Assembly (NCBI GenBank): GCA_044450345.1
Contig: JBIOIY010000017.1
Location: forward strand, 1-44,674
DNA from: Thermodesulfovibrionales bacterium
GTDB taxonomy: Bacteria; Nitrospirota; Thermodesulfovibrionia; Thermodesulfovibrionales; UBA6898
DNA: 44,674 bases
Direction of reading: 5' to 3'
Positions 1 through 9,545 of this stretch are shown here, piece by piece (position 1 is the stretch's first letter; every line of letters begins with the position of its first letter). Position numbers and translations under genes: made by a program. Under the pieces are notes generated by a model, which did no database searches, was not told the origin of the DNA, and saw only the letters and a list, made by a program, of their open reading frames with translations.

Positions 1-15
1 CATCATTTTCTGAGC

Positions 16-44
16 TTGACTGTCGCCGCATCCGGAAGTATGCT
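16..44 (+). promoter_or_regulatory. Putative sigma70 promoter for the SagB-family gene
   Basis: TTGACT (16-21), 17-nt spacer, TATGCT (39-44), followed by a GGAGG-containing RBS region before ATG at 81. Confidence 0.5.
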
Positions 45-80
45 GGGGGGAAGATAGTCGGGGAGGAAGGAATATCAAAC

Positions 81-845
81 ATGGATCGATCATCGCGAGA
101 CAGGTTCCGTGACTTTCTGAAGGATACGGTGAGGCAGAAGGTTGATTTCAGTAATACCGATCAAAACAGAGGGATAGCCCCGCCGCCTCTCGAAAAACCC
201 GTCCCTGCCGGAGCTCAATTAATTGATCTCGTCCCTGCTGAAAAACTGCGCGATATTTCAGTTATGGATGTCTTTACCGCAATTGTCCGCAGAAGGAGCC
301 GCCGGGGTTTCAATCCGGTTCCGCTGACGCTGGAAGAGCTTTCCTTTCTGCTATGGGCTACCCAGGGGGTCCGGAAGATTGCTGCGCCGGGTACCGCCTT
401 CAGAGTCGTTCCGTCTGCAGGATGCCGCCATGCACTTGAGACGTATCTCTGCGTTTTTAATGTTACGGGAATTGAGGAGGGGATATATCGCTATCTGCCG
501 GTTGAACATCAGCTTCTGCCGGTTTCGCAGCCGGCGCAATTGTCCTCCCGGATCTCTGAAGCGGCCCTGGGCCAGGATTTCGTCGGGAAGTCCGCTGTTA
601 CGTTCATATGGACTGCCATACCCTATCGGATGGAGTGGAGATACGACATAGCCGCACACAAAGTCATTGCCATCGATGCGGGTCATGTCTGCCAGAACCT
701 CTACATCTCCTGCGAGGCGATCCATGCGGCCACCTGTGCGGTTGCCGCCTATGATCAAGAATTGATGGACGGCCTTCTGGGTGTTGATGGGACCGAGGAG
801 TTCGTCATCTACCTCGCACCCGTTGGAAAGGGTAAGGGAGAATGA
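81..845 (+). CDS. SagB/ThcOx-family FMN-dependent nitroreductase-like oxidoreductase
   Basis: Motifs RRSRR, LSFLLWATQG, RVVPSAG, DAGHVCQNLY; standalone with no YcaO partner. Confidence 0.85.
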   Translation: MDRSSRDRFRDFLKDTVRQKVDFSNTDQNRGIAPPPLEKPVPAGAQLIDLVPAEKLRDISVMDVFTAIVRRRSRRGFNPVPLTLEELSFLLWATQGVRKIAAPGTAFRVVPSAGCRHALETYLCVFNVTGIEEGIYRYLPVEHQLLPVSQPAQLSSRISEAALGQDFVGKSAVTFIWTAIPYRMEWRYDIAAHKVIAIDAGHVCQNLYISCEAIHAATCAVAAYDQELMDGLLGVDGTEEFVIYLAPVGKGKGE

Positions 846-963
846 GAAATTATTGCGCCGCCATCCACCATCTCTAAAAATTGTCCCCCTGTGATGCAGG
901 AGGTTACATTGCTTTTGTCAGGTAAAAATGACAGGTGTGCATATTTTTTTGATGCGACCCTAT

Positions 964-1009
964 AAAACCTGTCCCTCCCCCATAAGGGGGAAGGACAAGG
1001 AAGGGTTTT
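964..1009. terminator. Hairpin between convergent genes, probable bidirectional terminator
   Basis: aaaacctgtccctccccc-ataa-gggggaaggacaagg...gtttt, an imperfect GC-rich stem with A and T tails. Confidence 0.5.
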
Positions 1010-1011
1010 GC

Positions 1012-2979
1012 CTAATTGACAAATGCCGTGACGCTGCTAATTTTATTCTGCGATGGGTCATAAACCTCGCCACTCGGGGGATCGACACCTGAGACGGCAA
1101 CAGTGTAGGTCCCTACAGCGAAGATAGTAAATGCCGCGCTGAAGTTGCCATTCAAATCGGTTGTCACAGCGGCCGTCTGTCCTCCTGTAAGAGTCAAATG
1201 TACTGTTGCACCGGATGTATTCCCGGTGGTTGATGTGGTTGATATAGATCCTGTAACATTGATTACACTGTAGGTGGGGAATGAGGTAAAAGTAAGGTCG
1301 AGTGATTGAATAAAAACATTAGTCGGCGGCGTAACGGGAATCACACAGCCACCGAAAAGAGCATTTTGATCTATTGGAGGGGATGCGATGCCATTGGAAG
1401 AGATCTGGACTTTGCCGTCTCCATTTGGGTTGAAAAGGGCATCTACGCTGTTGTTGCTATCGATAGCGTTGTTCACGCGTAATTCCCCACCAGAAATCGA
1501 ATTCTGCGGGGAGAAAATAAAGTTGGTGGCCTTCAGGTTAACAAGACTACGGGTGCAGCTGTTATAGGTCCAGCCGCGGGCATTGTAAGTTGTAGAGCCC
1601 GTAGTCCTGTCCTCGTTCAAGCGTACAAGGAAGTCGAATTTCTTCAACTCATACGGTGTAGAATTGCCTTGCATAGTGAAACTGCCTTTGGCAAAGCCGT
1701 TCAGCCGTAATTCGCTATCCATGGAAGTAGTCGAAAATGTTTTAACCTCTCCGCATATATTCATGTTCCACGTCATATCCCAGTGCGGAGTTATCGCCTC
1801 CAAGTCAATTAATTGCACTCTATATTTCATGGGTAGCGAGGAAAAACCATTTTTTACCGTGGACATAACAGCGCCATTCAGTACCATAGATTGGAACTGG
1901 TATTGAGCGAAGTTGGTTGTGCATTGTATGTCGCCGCTAATGGCCTCACATACGTCTACGGAAGAGCCGCCATAAGCGCTATTACGGGTGACCGGCGGAC
2001 CTCCGACCTGCAGCGTCAGATAGAAGGGCGCATAGGAGTTCAAATTGGCAAACAGCTGCGTTTCGTATGAAGCGGGCCCTACTGATCCGGCAACTGCCTG
2101 TGGTGCATTCGTGCTGCTTAAAGGTAAATTCGGAATTATACGGGTAAGCTCGAATGAAGGTGAAAGTGGATCTGGTTGGTCGTTAGGATCAAAAACACCA
2201 ACGCCCGTACGGGAATTATTATCACGAGACCAACGGAAATCCGGAATGAGTAGCAAGGATCTGTCCAATGTCCACTGTGAAATGAGGGACAAATTGTTAA
2301 ATCTTGCTCTTGGTGGTGATGTCAGCAGCGCAGTATCCCGATCCTGCGCATTATCCAGTGACAAATAGTGGTTTCCGCCTGCCACGGGTCGAATTACTGA
2401 CCAGGAGGTGGCATACGTATCACCGTTGAATTTTGCCGCAGCGTAGAGTTTCAGATTGTTGACATCTACGATCCCCGTAGCGTCATTTCCGCTCTGCCCG
2501 AAGATTCCGACCGTAGCCCCCGGGGAAGTCGCAGTAGTACCCGATGTAGAAACTGTCCCAGTCGCTACTATCGGTACAAATGGCGTTCCATTTGTGGGGT
2601 CCAAGAGAAAATTCGTGACGGAAAAATTGAATGCCCCATTGGGGACCGGAACATCAAAGGTCGTAATATATTGGAATGTCTGCCCCGTGTAAGCAATCCC
2701 GTTTAATATCAACAGGGCAGGGTTGCTCGATGAATTGGCACCCTGAAGATTTGTCGTAGTAATCTGGACGGTTCCCTGAGCGGTAGAAAGGTTATTTAAG
2801 CAGGCGAAGTCAAGGTTAACAGGCACTGGTAGCCCGGCCACAATCTCGTCCGTGACTACCGTAGGAACATTGCTATTCATAGAACATACGAATTGTGTGT
2901 CAGCCGAGGTTGTCGTACCCGCAAAGCCTGTTATACCGATGAGAATGATCATAGTCAAAACAACTTGTTTTGAAAACAT
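1012..2979 (-). CDS. Secreted Thr/Asn/Ser-rich hypothetical protein with a C-terminal Ig-like (carboxypeptidase-regulatory-like) beta domain
   Basis: 655-aa ORF with an N-terminal signal peptide, a GGGGG RBS, several Cys, and the C-terminal pattern GATVHL...TTDLNGNF...GTYTV. Confidence 0.65.
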   Translation of the reverse strand: MFSKQVVLTMIILIGITGFAGTTTSADTQFVCSMNSNVPTVVTDEIVAGLPVPVNLDFACLNNLSTAQGTVQITTTNLQGANSSSNPALLILNGIAYTGQTFQYITTFDVPVPNGAFNFSVTNFLLDPTNGTPFVPIVATGTVSTSGTTATSPGATVGIFGQSGNDATGIVDVNNLKLYAAAKFNGDTYATSWSVIRPVAGGNHYLSLDNAQDRDTALLTSPPRARFNNLSLISQWTLDRSLLLIPDFRWSRDNNSRTGVGVFDPNDQPDPLSPSFELTRIIPNLPLSSTNAPQAVAGSVGPASYETQLFANLNSYAPFYLTLQVGGPPVTRNSAYGGSSVDVCEAISGDIQCTTNFAQYQFQSMVLNGAVMSTVKNGFSSLPMKYRVQLIDLEAITPHWDMTWNMNICGEVKTFSTTSMDSELRLNGFAKGSFTMQGNSTPYELKKFDFLVRLNEDRTTGSTTYNARGWTYNSCTRSLVNLKATNFIFSPQNSISGGELRVNNAIDSNNSVDALFNPNGDGKVQISSNGIASPPIDQNALFGGCVIPVTPPTNVFIQSLDLTFTSFPTYSVINVTGSISTTSTTGNTSGATVHLTLTGGQTAAVTTDLNGNFSAAFTIFAVGTYTVAVSGVDPPSGEVYDPSQNKISSVTAFVN

Positions 2980-3494
2980 CGTTTACCCCCTTCTTTATGC
3001 GGTGCCATGCCCGCAATATGGTTTCTAATGGTTCTCCAATGAACTACCCCGTAGCGGAGCATCGAGGTGTCCCTTGATCAAAGTCTATGCGCAAGCTCAG
3101 GTGATGTCAATACGGACGGTAATCAAAAAATATTGCAGAACATCCTGCTTGAACTTAACCCAAAAAATGCTTTTGAAATAGGTGTACCTGTAGAAGTCGT
3201 CTGTGGAGTTGAGAGGCAAGAGTCCTTCCTCTTCTAAGGAAGTCAGCGCCTTTCAAATCTGCTGCAATGGTGTTTGTTGCTTCCGGAAATAGATAAAAAT
3301 ACTGCATCATTTTAACTGGCAGGAGATTTTTTCAGCTAATTGTTTATAACAGGAGGATTACGCCGGTTGGCAACATCATCCATCCTATTGCATGCCTTAC
3401 AGCTCTCATACAGTTAGTCAATGATATTCGATAATGGCGGTGAATCTGGAGAATTAGGTATGTTTTCATCCTCTTGGGCAAGGCACGTTTTTTT

Positions 3495-3731
3495 TTACTC
3501 ATGACGCAGGGCGACAATCGGGTCCAGCTGTGTGGCCTTCCACGCCGGATAGAAGCCGAAAAAGATGCCTACGCCGATGGCGAACAGAGGAGAGACGATG
3601 AGGGCTTCAAGAGGAATGGACACAGACCATCCCAAGACATTCCCAAGAATGAAAGAGCCGGCCACGCCGACAAAGACCCCAATGAGACCGCCGAAAAGGC
3701 TCAACATGACCGCCTCCCCGAGAAACTGACG
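3495..3731 (-). pseudogene. C-terminal fragment of a MacB/FtsX-like ABC transporter permease
   Basis: Reads QFLGEAVMLSLFGG...GIFFGFYPAWKATQLDPIVALRHE, a hallmark MacB C-terminus; the N-terminal part is missing. Confidence 0.8.
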
Positions 3732-3779
3732 ATTGTTCCGGATATTGCTATGCCTGACCGGCCATGCTACACTTAGAGC

Positions 3780-4019
3780 ATGGAAAAGAAAAGAACGAAA
3801 CCAGCAGACATCGATGTCATGGCATTTAATATAGCCCGGCCTATTAACAAAGAATCAGAAGCACAGGAAGAACCCGTCAAAGAAAAGAACCCTGCCGCTG
3901 TTGCCTTCGGTCGCCTTGGAGGTTTAACGGGCGGGAAGGCAAGAGGCGAAAGCCTCTCCGCAAAGAAGCGCAAAGAGATAGCGCAGAAAGCTGCCCAAAA
4001 GCGTTGGTTGAAACAGTAA
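3780..4019 (+). CDS. Small basic protein of the KNPAAV..GG.KGG type, often annotated histone H1-like or RNA-binding
   Basis: KNPAAVAFGRLGGLTGGKARGESLSAKKRKEIAQKAAQKRW. Confidence 0.7.
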   Translation: MEKKRTKPADIDVMAFNIARPINKESEAQEEPVKEKNPAAVAFGRLGGLTGGKARGESLSAKKRKEIAQKAAQKRWLKQ

Positions 4020-4375
4020 CCCTCCGCTCGTCTCATAACACCGGCAATGGAAGCTCCGAGTCCTTCGCGCCTTAAGTTTGTATTTAACCGCGACTAACTT
4101 GCAGAACATCTCCATATCCCCGGTATGTCTTTTCCAGACAGCGTGCACGGTCTTCATATCAGTCTATTCATATTCTTGACCTATCCTGTTTTCTGAACCG
4201 GCCGGCAATGGCCTAAGACAGATATCCTCTGTCGGTTTATAATCGAAATACTCAATGAGGGCATTTGCCTTGAATCCATCAGATGTGATGGAATATGGAG
4301 TCGGTCTTGAAGAAAAGAGGGCAAAATTCGATAATAGTACTCGAAAGAACCGGCTCATAAAAGGGGACATTACTA

Positions 4376-5563
4376 ATGATAAGAAAAGCATTGCTCCTGA
4401 AAATCTTCAATGCGGCGTATATGCAGCGCTGGAACGACAAGGTGCGGCCCGTGGAACTTGTCGAACTGGACAAGCAGGCCCACAAGATGATCATCGCCTT
4501 TTTTTTGGGGAAGTTCGAGGAAGGGAACCCCGGCTTCGACTGGATAAAAGTGATCGAAGGCGGCCTTTTCGAGCTTCTTCAGCGCCTCGTGATTACCGAC
4601 CTAAAGCCGCCCATCTTTTATAAGATCAAGGCCGATAAGGAGAAATATAAGCAGCTTAACGAGTGGTTATTCAAGGAGATCGGATCGGTCATATCGCCTA
4701 TGGGAAAGGATTTTGCGAAAAGGTTCAGAGAGTATTTCTCTGCTTCCGAGAAAGGTCTGAACAGGCGGGTCTTGAACGCTGCTCATTACTATGCAACAAA
4801 ATGGGAATTCGATATTATCGAACGCGCCAATCCCGGCGGCTACGAAATCGCTTCGATAAAACAGGACCTGGACCGGAAGCAGGGAGAGTATTCAGACCTG
4901 AAGGGGATGGCGGGATTGAAAGAGAATGCGCGATATAGGGACTTCCTCGACCTCTGCGGACAGCTCAGGTTTCAGACACGGTGGTCAAACCTGCACCGCA
5001 TTCCGAAGACATCGGTGATCGGACATTCGCTGTTTGTTGCGCTGCTTTCTTATTTGTTCTCAGTGCAACTGGGCGCATGCAGCAGGCGGCGCATCAACAA
5101 TTATTTTACCGGGTTGTTTCATGATCTTCCCGAGGTCCTCACCCGTGACATCATCTCCCCTGTGAAGAGTTCGGTGGAAGGGCTGGACGAACTTATAAAA
5201 GAGTACGAAAAGGAACAGATGAATAAAGAGGTCTACGGCCTGATCCCCCGCGCCTGGCACAAGGAGATAAGGATGTTCACCGAAGATGAATTCGCCGGCG
5301 TTATTCATCTCAACGGGAAACGCAGGAAGGTATCAAGCGCCGACATTAATGAAAAGTACAATGAAGACCGCTTCAATCCCCGCGACGGCGAGCTTGTAAA
5401 GGCGGCGGACGGCCTTGCCGCGTTTATCGAGGCCCATGTCGCAATCAGGAACGGCAGCCGGAGCCACCAGTTCCAGGAGGCTAAGGTGGCGTTCAAGAAC
5501 AAGTACGGCAGGGCGAATATCGCAGGGATCAATTTCGGGGAGATCTATGCGGATTTTGAATAA
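4376..5563 (+). CDS. HD-domain phosphohydrolase, YfbR-like with a tandem HD fold
   Basis: Two related halves (MQRWND...H and QTRWSN...SVIGHS...FHDLPE...AAD); intact HD only in the second half. Confidence 0.8.
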   Translation: MIRKALLLKIFNAAYMQRWNDKVRPVELVELDKQAHKMIIAFFLGKFEEGNPGFDWIKVIEGGLFELLQRLVITDLKPPIFYKIKADKEKYKQLNEWLFKEIGSVISPMGKDFAKRFREYFSASEKGLNRRVLNAAHYYATKWEFDIIERANPGGYEIASIKQDLDRKQGEYSDLKGMAGLKENARYRDFLDLCGQLRFQTRWSNLHRIPKTSVIGHSLFVALLSYLFSVQLGACSRRRINNYFTGLFHDLPEVLTRDIISPVKSSVEGLDELIKEYEKEQMNKEVYGLIPRAWHKEIRMFTEDEFAGVIHLNGKRRKVSSADINEKYNEDRFNPRDGELVKAADGLAAFIEAHVAIRNGSRSHQFQEAKVAFKNKYGRANIAGINFGEIYADFE

Positions 5564-5594
5564 ACAGATGCGCATTTCGCCTTGCCGGCGTATC

Positions 5595-6371
5595 CTACAG
5601 TCCGGCGTCCATGGCGCATCTGAAGCCCATGTCGTCATCCCGTTCAACAATATATTCGTGGCCCGGGTCGCCTGCGCGGAGGCTCAGGGGGCGGCTGTAC
5701 CACGAACCTCCTTTTAGGACGAGGTCGTCGGTCCATTCCCTCACGTTCCCCGCCATGTCCATTGCGCCGTAGGGCGATCTTCCTTCAGGGAAACTCCCGA
5801 CAGGCGCGATTTTTTTGAAGCCGTCAATCTTTCCTCCGTCATCCGAGTTCGCCTTGGTGCCGTCCCATTTGTCGCCCCACGGATACGTCCGCCCATCTAC
5901 ACCCCTTGCCGCCTTTTCCCATTCGGCGCTTGAGGGCAATCTCTCTCCGGCCCATCTGCAGTATTCGACCGACTGCCCCCAGGTTACCCCCACTACAGGA
6001 TAGTTGCCCATGTCCTTTGCGGTGTACCATCCCTTGCCTTCTTGATGGAACGTGGCGGGATAATCGGTGTTCCAGGAAGGGTCGCCGCAACCCCCCGCGT
6101 TCACGCACCTGTGATACAACGCGTTAGTAACCTCATAGACATCGATGTAAAATGACTTGAGATAGACTTTCCTCAGCGGATTCTTTTCGCTCAGCGGTTC
6201 GCCTTTTTTTAGTCCCATAATGAACTCGCCTTCCGGGACGAGGACCATCTCCGCACCGTCTCTGCCAAGGACCACACTATCGGTTGCCGTGGATCGAGAA
6301 GCGGCGAGCACGACTGACGCGCACAGAAGTGAGAAAAACATATAGCGCAATTTCTTCACCGGGAAAATCAT
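5595..6371 (-). CDS. FGE-sulfatase (SUMF1-like) domain protein, secreted
   Basis: Signal peptide; motifs VPEGEFIMG, YEVTN, RLPSSAEWEKAARG, SPYGAMDMAGNVREW, GFRC. Confidence 0.85.
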   Translation of the reverse strand: MIFPVKKLRYMFFSLLCASVVLAASRSTATDSVVLGRDGAEMVLVPEGEFIMGLKKGEPLSEKNPLRKVYLKSFYIDVYEVTNALYHRCVNAGGCGDPSWNTDYPATFHQEGKGWYTAKDMGNYPVVGVTWGQSVEYCRWAGERLPSSAEWEKAARGVDGRTYPWGDKWDGTKANSDDGGKIDGFKKIAPVGSFPEGRSPYGAMDMAGNVREWTDDLVLKGGSWYSRPLSLRAGDPGHEYIVERDDDMGFRCAMDAGL

Positions 6372-6436
6372 ATTGGGGATATCTTATACGACTTTTTGAA
6401 AAACGCAAACTGATTTCGGGTATAATTGTGATATAC

Positions 6437-7744
6437 ATGGAGAATAACTCTGCTGAAAAAGCCTTTTTTACCCTCTTTGAGCTCAATACCATCATAAAGT
6501 CCGCGATAAGCAATGTCTTTCCCGGCGCATGCTGGGTGGCTGCTGAGATCGCGGAACTCAAGTGCAACCAGAAGGGCCATTGCTATCTCGAACTCGTGGA
6601 GAAGGAAGACGAAAAGACGACCGCCCAGATAAAGGCGACGATATGGTCCTACGAATACAGGAAGCTCGGCAATAAATTCGAGAAGTCCGCGGGAGAGACG
6701 CTGAAACCGGGGATGAGGGTGCTGCTGCGCGTTGAGGTGACCTTTCACGAGGTCTATGGCCTGAGCCTCAATATCAGAGACATCGATCCAGCCTATACGC
6801 TGGGCGAAATGGCGCGGAAGAAAAAGGAGGTCATCGACCGTCTCAGGAAAGAAGGGATTATGGATATGAACAAGTCATTACCCCTGCCGCTGGTTCCGCA
6901 AAGGGCCGCGGTGGTTTCGTCTCCCACCGCCGCAGGGTACGGCGATTTCTTCAAACAACTCGACAATAACCTCTATGGGTATAGGTTCACACACGTGCTC
7001 TTCCCGGCCATTATGCAGGGACAGGAGGCCGAAAGTTCCATCATCTCCGCCCTAAACAAGATAAGAAAAGAGAAGGAACTTTTCGACGTGGTCGCGATCA
7101 TCAGGGGAGGGGGCTCGGTCATAGACCTGAACTGCTTCGACGGCTATGAGGTCGCGTCGCATGCCGCGCGGTTTCCCTTGCCGGTGATAACGGGCATAGG
7201 ACATGAAAAGGACGATACGGTGGTAGATATGGTCGCCCATACTAAATTGAAGACGCCTACGGCCGTGGCTGAATTCCTGATATCGGGCCTCAGAAGCTAT
7301 GAGGAGAATGTCATCGGTCTGCGCGACAGGGTCTATAAGGAGGCCGTGCGGTCGCTGAGAGATGAAAGATATAGGTTCGATTCCCTGATACACAGGGTAT
7401 CTTTTATCCCGCTTCGGATTTCTGCGGTCCATACGAACAAACTCGCAGCTGTCCGGAGCGACCTTGAGAGCAGGGCGGTCCGGATACTTGCGAGAGAGGA
7501 ACACAGGACCGGCGCCATCAGACAGGCGATGAAACACCTCGATCCCGCCAACGTGCTCAAGAGGGGTTACAGTATTACGCGGCATAAGGGCAGGGTCCTC
7601 AAGAACGCAGCGGACCTGAAGAAGTGGGCGGTCATAGAGACGAAACTCTGCAGCGGGGAAGTCACGAGCATAGTCCAGGACAGAAAGGAGACGGTGAAGA
7701 GTGAGCAAAGGCAAACAGATAACCTACTCCCGGGCCTTGAGTGA
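6437..7744 (+). CDS. xseA: Exodeoxyribonuclease VII large subunit
   Basis: OB-fold GHCYLEL, RGGGS, VITGIGHEKD, TPTAVAE, LKRGYSI; likely start is ATG 6437 rather than 6284; adjacent to xseB. Confidence 0.9.
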   Translation: MENNSAEKAFFTLFELNTIIKSAISNVFPGACWVAAEIAELKCNQKGHCYLELVEKEDEKTTAQIKATIWSYEYRKLGNKFEKSAGETLKPGMRVLLRVEVTFHEVYGLSLNIRDIDPAYTLGEMARKKKEVIDRLRKEGIMDMNKSLPLPLVPQRAAVVSSPTAAGYGDFFKQLDNNLYGYRFTHVLFPAIMQGQEAESSIISALNKIRKEKELFDVVAIIRGGGSVIDLNCFDGYEVASHAARFPLPVITGIGHEKDDTVVDMVAHTKLKTPTAVAEFLISGLRSYEENVIGLRDRVYKEAVRSLRDERYRFDSLIHRVSFIPLRISAVHTNKLAAVRSDLESRAVRILAREEHRTGAIRQAMKHLDPANVLKRGYSITRHKGRVLKNAADLKKWAVIETKLCSGEVTSIVQDRKETVKSEQRQTDNLLPGLE

Positions 7745-7949
7745 ACTTGAAAAGATAGTGAGTGAGATAGAGTCGGAGGAGACGGACCTTGATGTCCTTT
7801 CGGAGAAGGTCAAGAGGGCTGCGCATCTCATCAAGTTCTGCAGGGCCAGATTGAGAAGCACGGAGGAAGAGGTAAAAAAGGCGCTGTCGGAGATCGAGGA
7901 AGGGACCGTATCCGAAGGTCCTGCGGAAGAAGAGATAAACGGGTACTAG
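7701..7949 (+). CDS. xseB: Exodeoxyribonuclease VII small subunit
   Basis: ALSELEKIVSEIE...CRARLRSTEEEV, overlapping the end of xseA. Confidence 0.88.
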   Translation: MSKGKQITYSRALSELEKIVSEIESEETDLDVLSEKVKRAAHLIKFCRARLRSTEEEVKKALSEIEEGTVSEGPAEEEINGY

Positions 7950-7965
7950 CCCGTTTTGGTGACCC

Positions 7966-9480
7966 ATGCAAGAATGGTTCGGAGATGCCTGTTACCGTGA
8001 TCTCTTCGAGGATTCGAGGGACGCGGTGTACGTTTCCTCGCGGGAAGGTAATATCCTTACTCTCAACAAGGCAGGAATCGAGCTTTTCGGCTATTCGCGT
8101 GGAGAAATGGTAGGAATGGATATACGCGCGCTTTATGCGGACCCGTCTGATCGCGAGAGGTTCCAGCGTGAGATAGAGGCCACCGGCGCCGTGAAGGATT
8201 TTGAGGTGGCGCTCCTGAGAAAGGACGGGGCCAGGATAATCTGCATCATCACCTCCACAGTGCGAAGGTCTCCCGAGGGCGCGATAATCGGTTACCAGGG
8301 CATCATAAGGGACGTGACCGCCTATAAAAAGGCTGAAGAGGCGTTGCGCCGGTCAGAGGAGAAGTTTTCGAAGATCTTCAGGTCGAGCCCTGATTGGATG
8401 GCGATCAGCGCGCTTGAAGACGGCCGCCTTATCGATGTGAATGACGCATTTCTCAGGATTACCGGATATTCCCGGAACGAGGTCATCGGCAAGACATCGG
8501 CCGAACTCGGCCTCTGGGTCGATCTTGAAGAAAGAAGGCGGTTCGTTGAATTGTTGCACGAAAAAGGAGAGATGAGGAACCACGAAGCGAAGTTTCGTCT
8601 AAAGTCCGGGGAGGTCCGCATATTTCTAAGGTCCGCCGAGTTGATCGAACTCGATGGAGAGACCTGCGCAATAAATATTACGCGGGACATCACCGAACGT
8701 AAGCGCGCGGGAGAGGAGATCAAGAAACTCAACATGGAACTCCAGCAGCGGGTGGCGGAGCTCATAGGGGCGAACAAGGAACTTGACGCCTTCGGACATT
8801 CCGTTTCCCACGACCTCAGGGCCCCGCTTATTACGATAGGGGGTTTTTCCAGGAGACTTCTCAAAAATTATTCCGATGTCCTCGACACAAGGGGAAGGGA
8901 GATGCTGAAGTCAATACAGTCGAACGTAGGGAAGATGGAGGACCTCATTAATGACCTTCTCACCTTTTCGAGGTCAGGCCGGCAGGCGATCAAACTCGAA
9001 GAAGTGGACATGACGGGGTTGGTGAAGGCCGTGTTCGAAGAGCTGATGACAGGGGCCCGGGGGCGGACGGTCGAACTGAAAATGGGAGAACTTCTTCCGG
9101 CATTTGCCGACCGTGGTTTGATAAAACAGGTCTTGATAAACCTCCTTTCGAATGCCCTGAAGTTCACGCGGCCGCGTGAGGAGGGGCAGATTGAGGCCGG
9201 CAGCAGGAGGGAAGGCGAGTGGGTCGAATATTATGTAAAAGACAACGGAGTGGGGTTCGATATGAAGTTTGCTGAAAAGCTATTCGACGTATTCCAACGC
9301 GCCCACAGTACAGAAGATTTCGAGGGCACAGGCATAGGGCTCTCGATAGTCCATCGCATCATTACGCGTCACGGCGGCCGCCTCGGGGCGGAGGGAAAGG
9401 TCGGCGAAGGGGCCGCGTTTTATTTCACGCTCCCCGCAGATCGAAGAAGGGAAGAGCCGATCAGTACGCCGGCCTCATAG
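7966..9480 (+). CDS. Cytoplasmic sensor histidine kinase with two PAS domains
   Basis: Two PAS/PAC repeats; H-box SHDLRAPL, N-box NLLSNALKF, G-boxes DNGVGF and GTGIGL. Confidence 0.92.
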   Translation: MQEWFGDACYRDLFEDSRDAVYVSSREGNILTLNKAGIELFGYSRGEMVGMDIRALYADPSDRERFQREIEATGAVKDFEVALLRKDGARIICIITSTVRRSPEGAIIGYQGIIRDVTAYKKAEEALRRSEEKFSKIFRSSPDWMAISALEDGRLIDVNDAFLRITGYSRNEVIGKTSAELGLWVDLEERRRFVELLHEKGEMRNHEAKFRLKSGEVRIFLRSAELIELDGETCAINITRDITERKRAGEEIKKLNMELQQRVAELIGANKELDAFGHSVSHDLRAPLITIGGFSRRLLKNYSDVLDTRGREMLKSIQSNVGKMEDLINDLLTFSRSGRQAIKLEEVDMTGLVKAVFEELMTGARGRTVELKMGELLPAFADRGLIKQVLINLLSNALKFTRPREEGQIEAGSRREGEWVEYYVKDNGVGFDMKFAEKLFDVFQRAHSTEDFEGTGIGLSIVHRIITRHGGRLGAEGKVGEGAAFYFTLPADRRREEPISTPAS

Positions 9481-9545
9481 GACTTTCCGGAATCGCCGTT
9501 AATCTCTCACCTATTCACTACTTGCAATTCACTTTTCACTGAAGT

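Noticed and set aside
81..845. SagB-like gene as a sign of a TOMM/RiPP cluster
   Set aside because: There is no YcaO, precursor peptide or transporter nearby, and standalone members are common. DNA left of the window is unseen.
5595..6371. FGE-domain gene as a diversity-generating retroelement target
   Set aside because: No reverse transcriptase and no template repeat of its 3' end were seen in the window.
7966..9480. Orphan histidine kinase without a response regulator
   Set aside because: This is common in such genomes and not informative alone.
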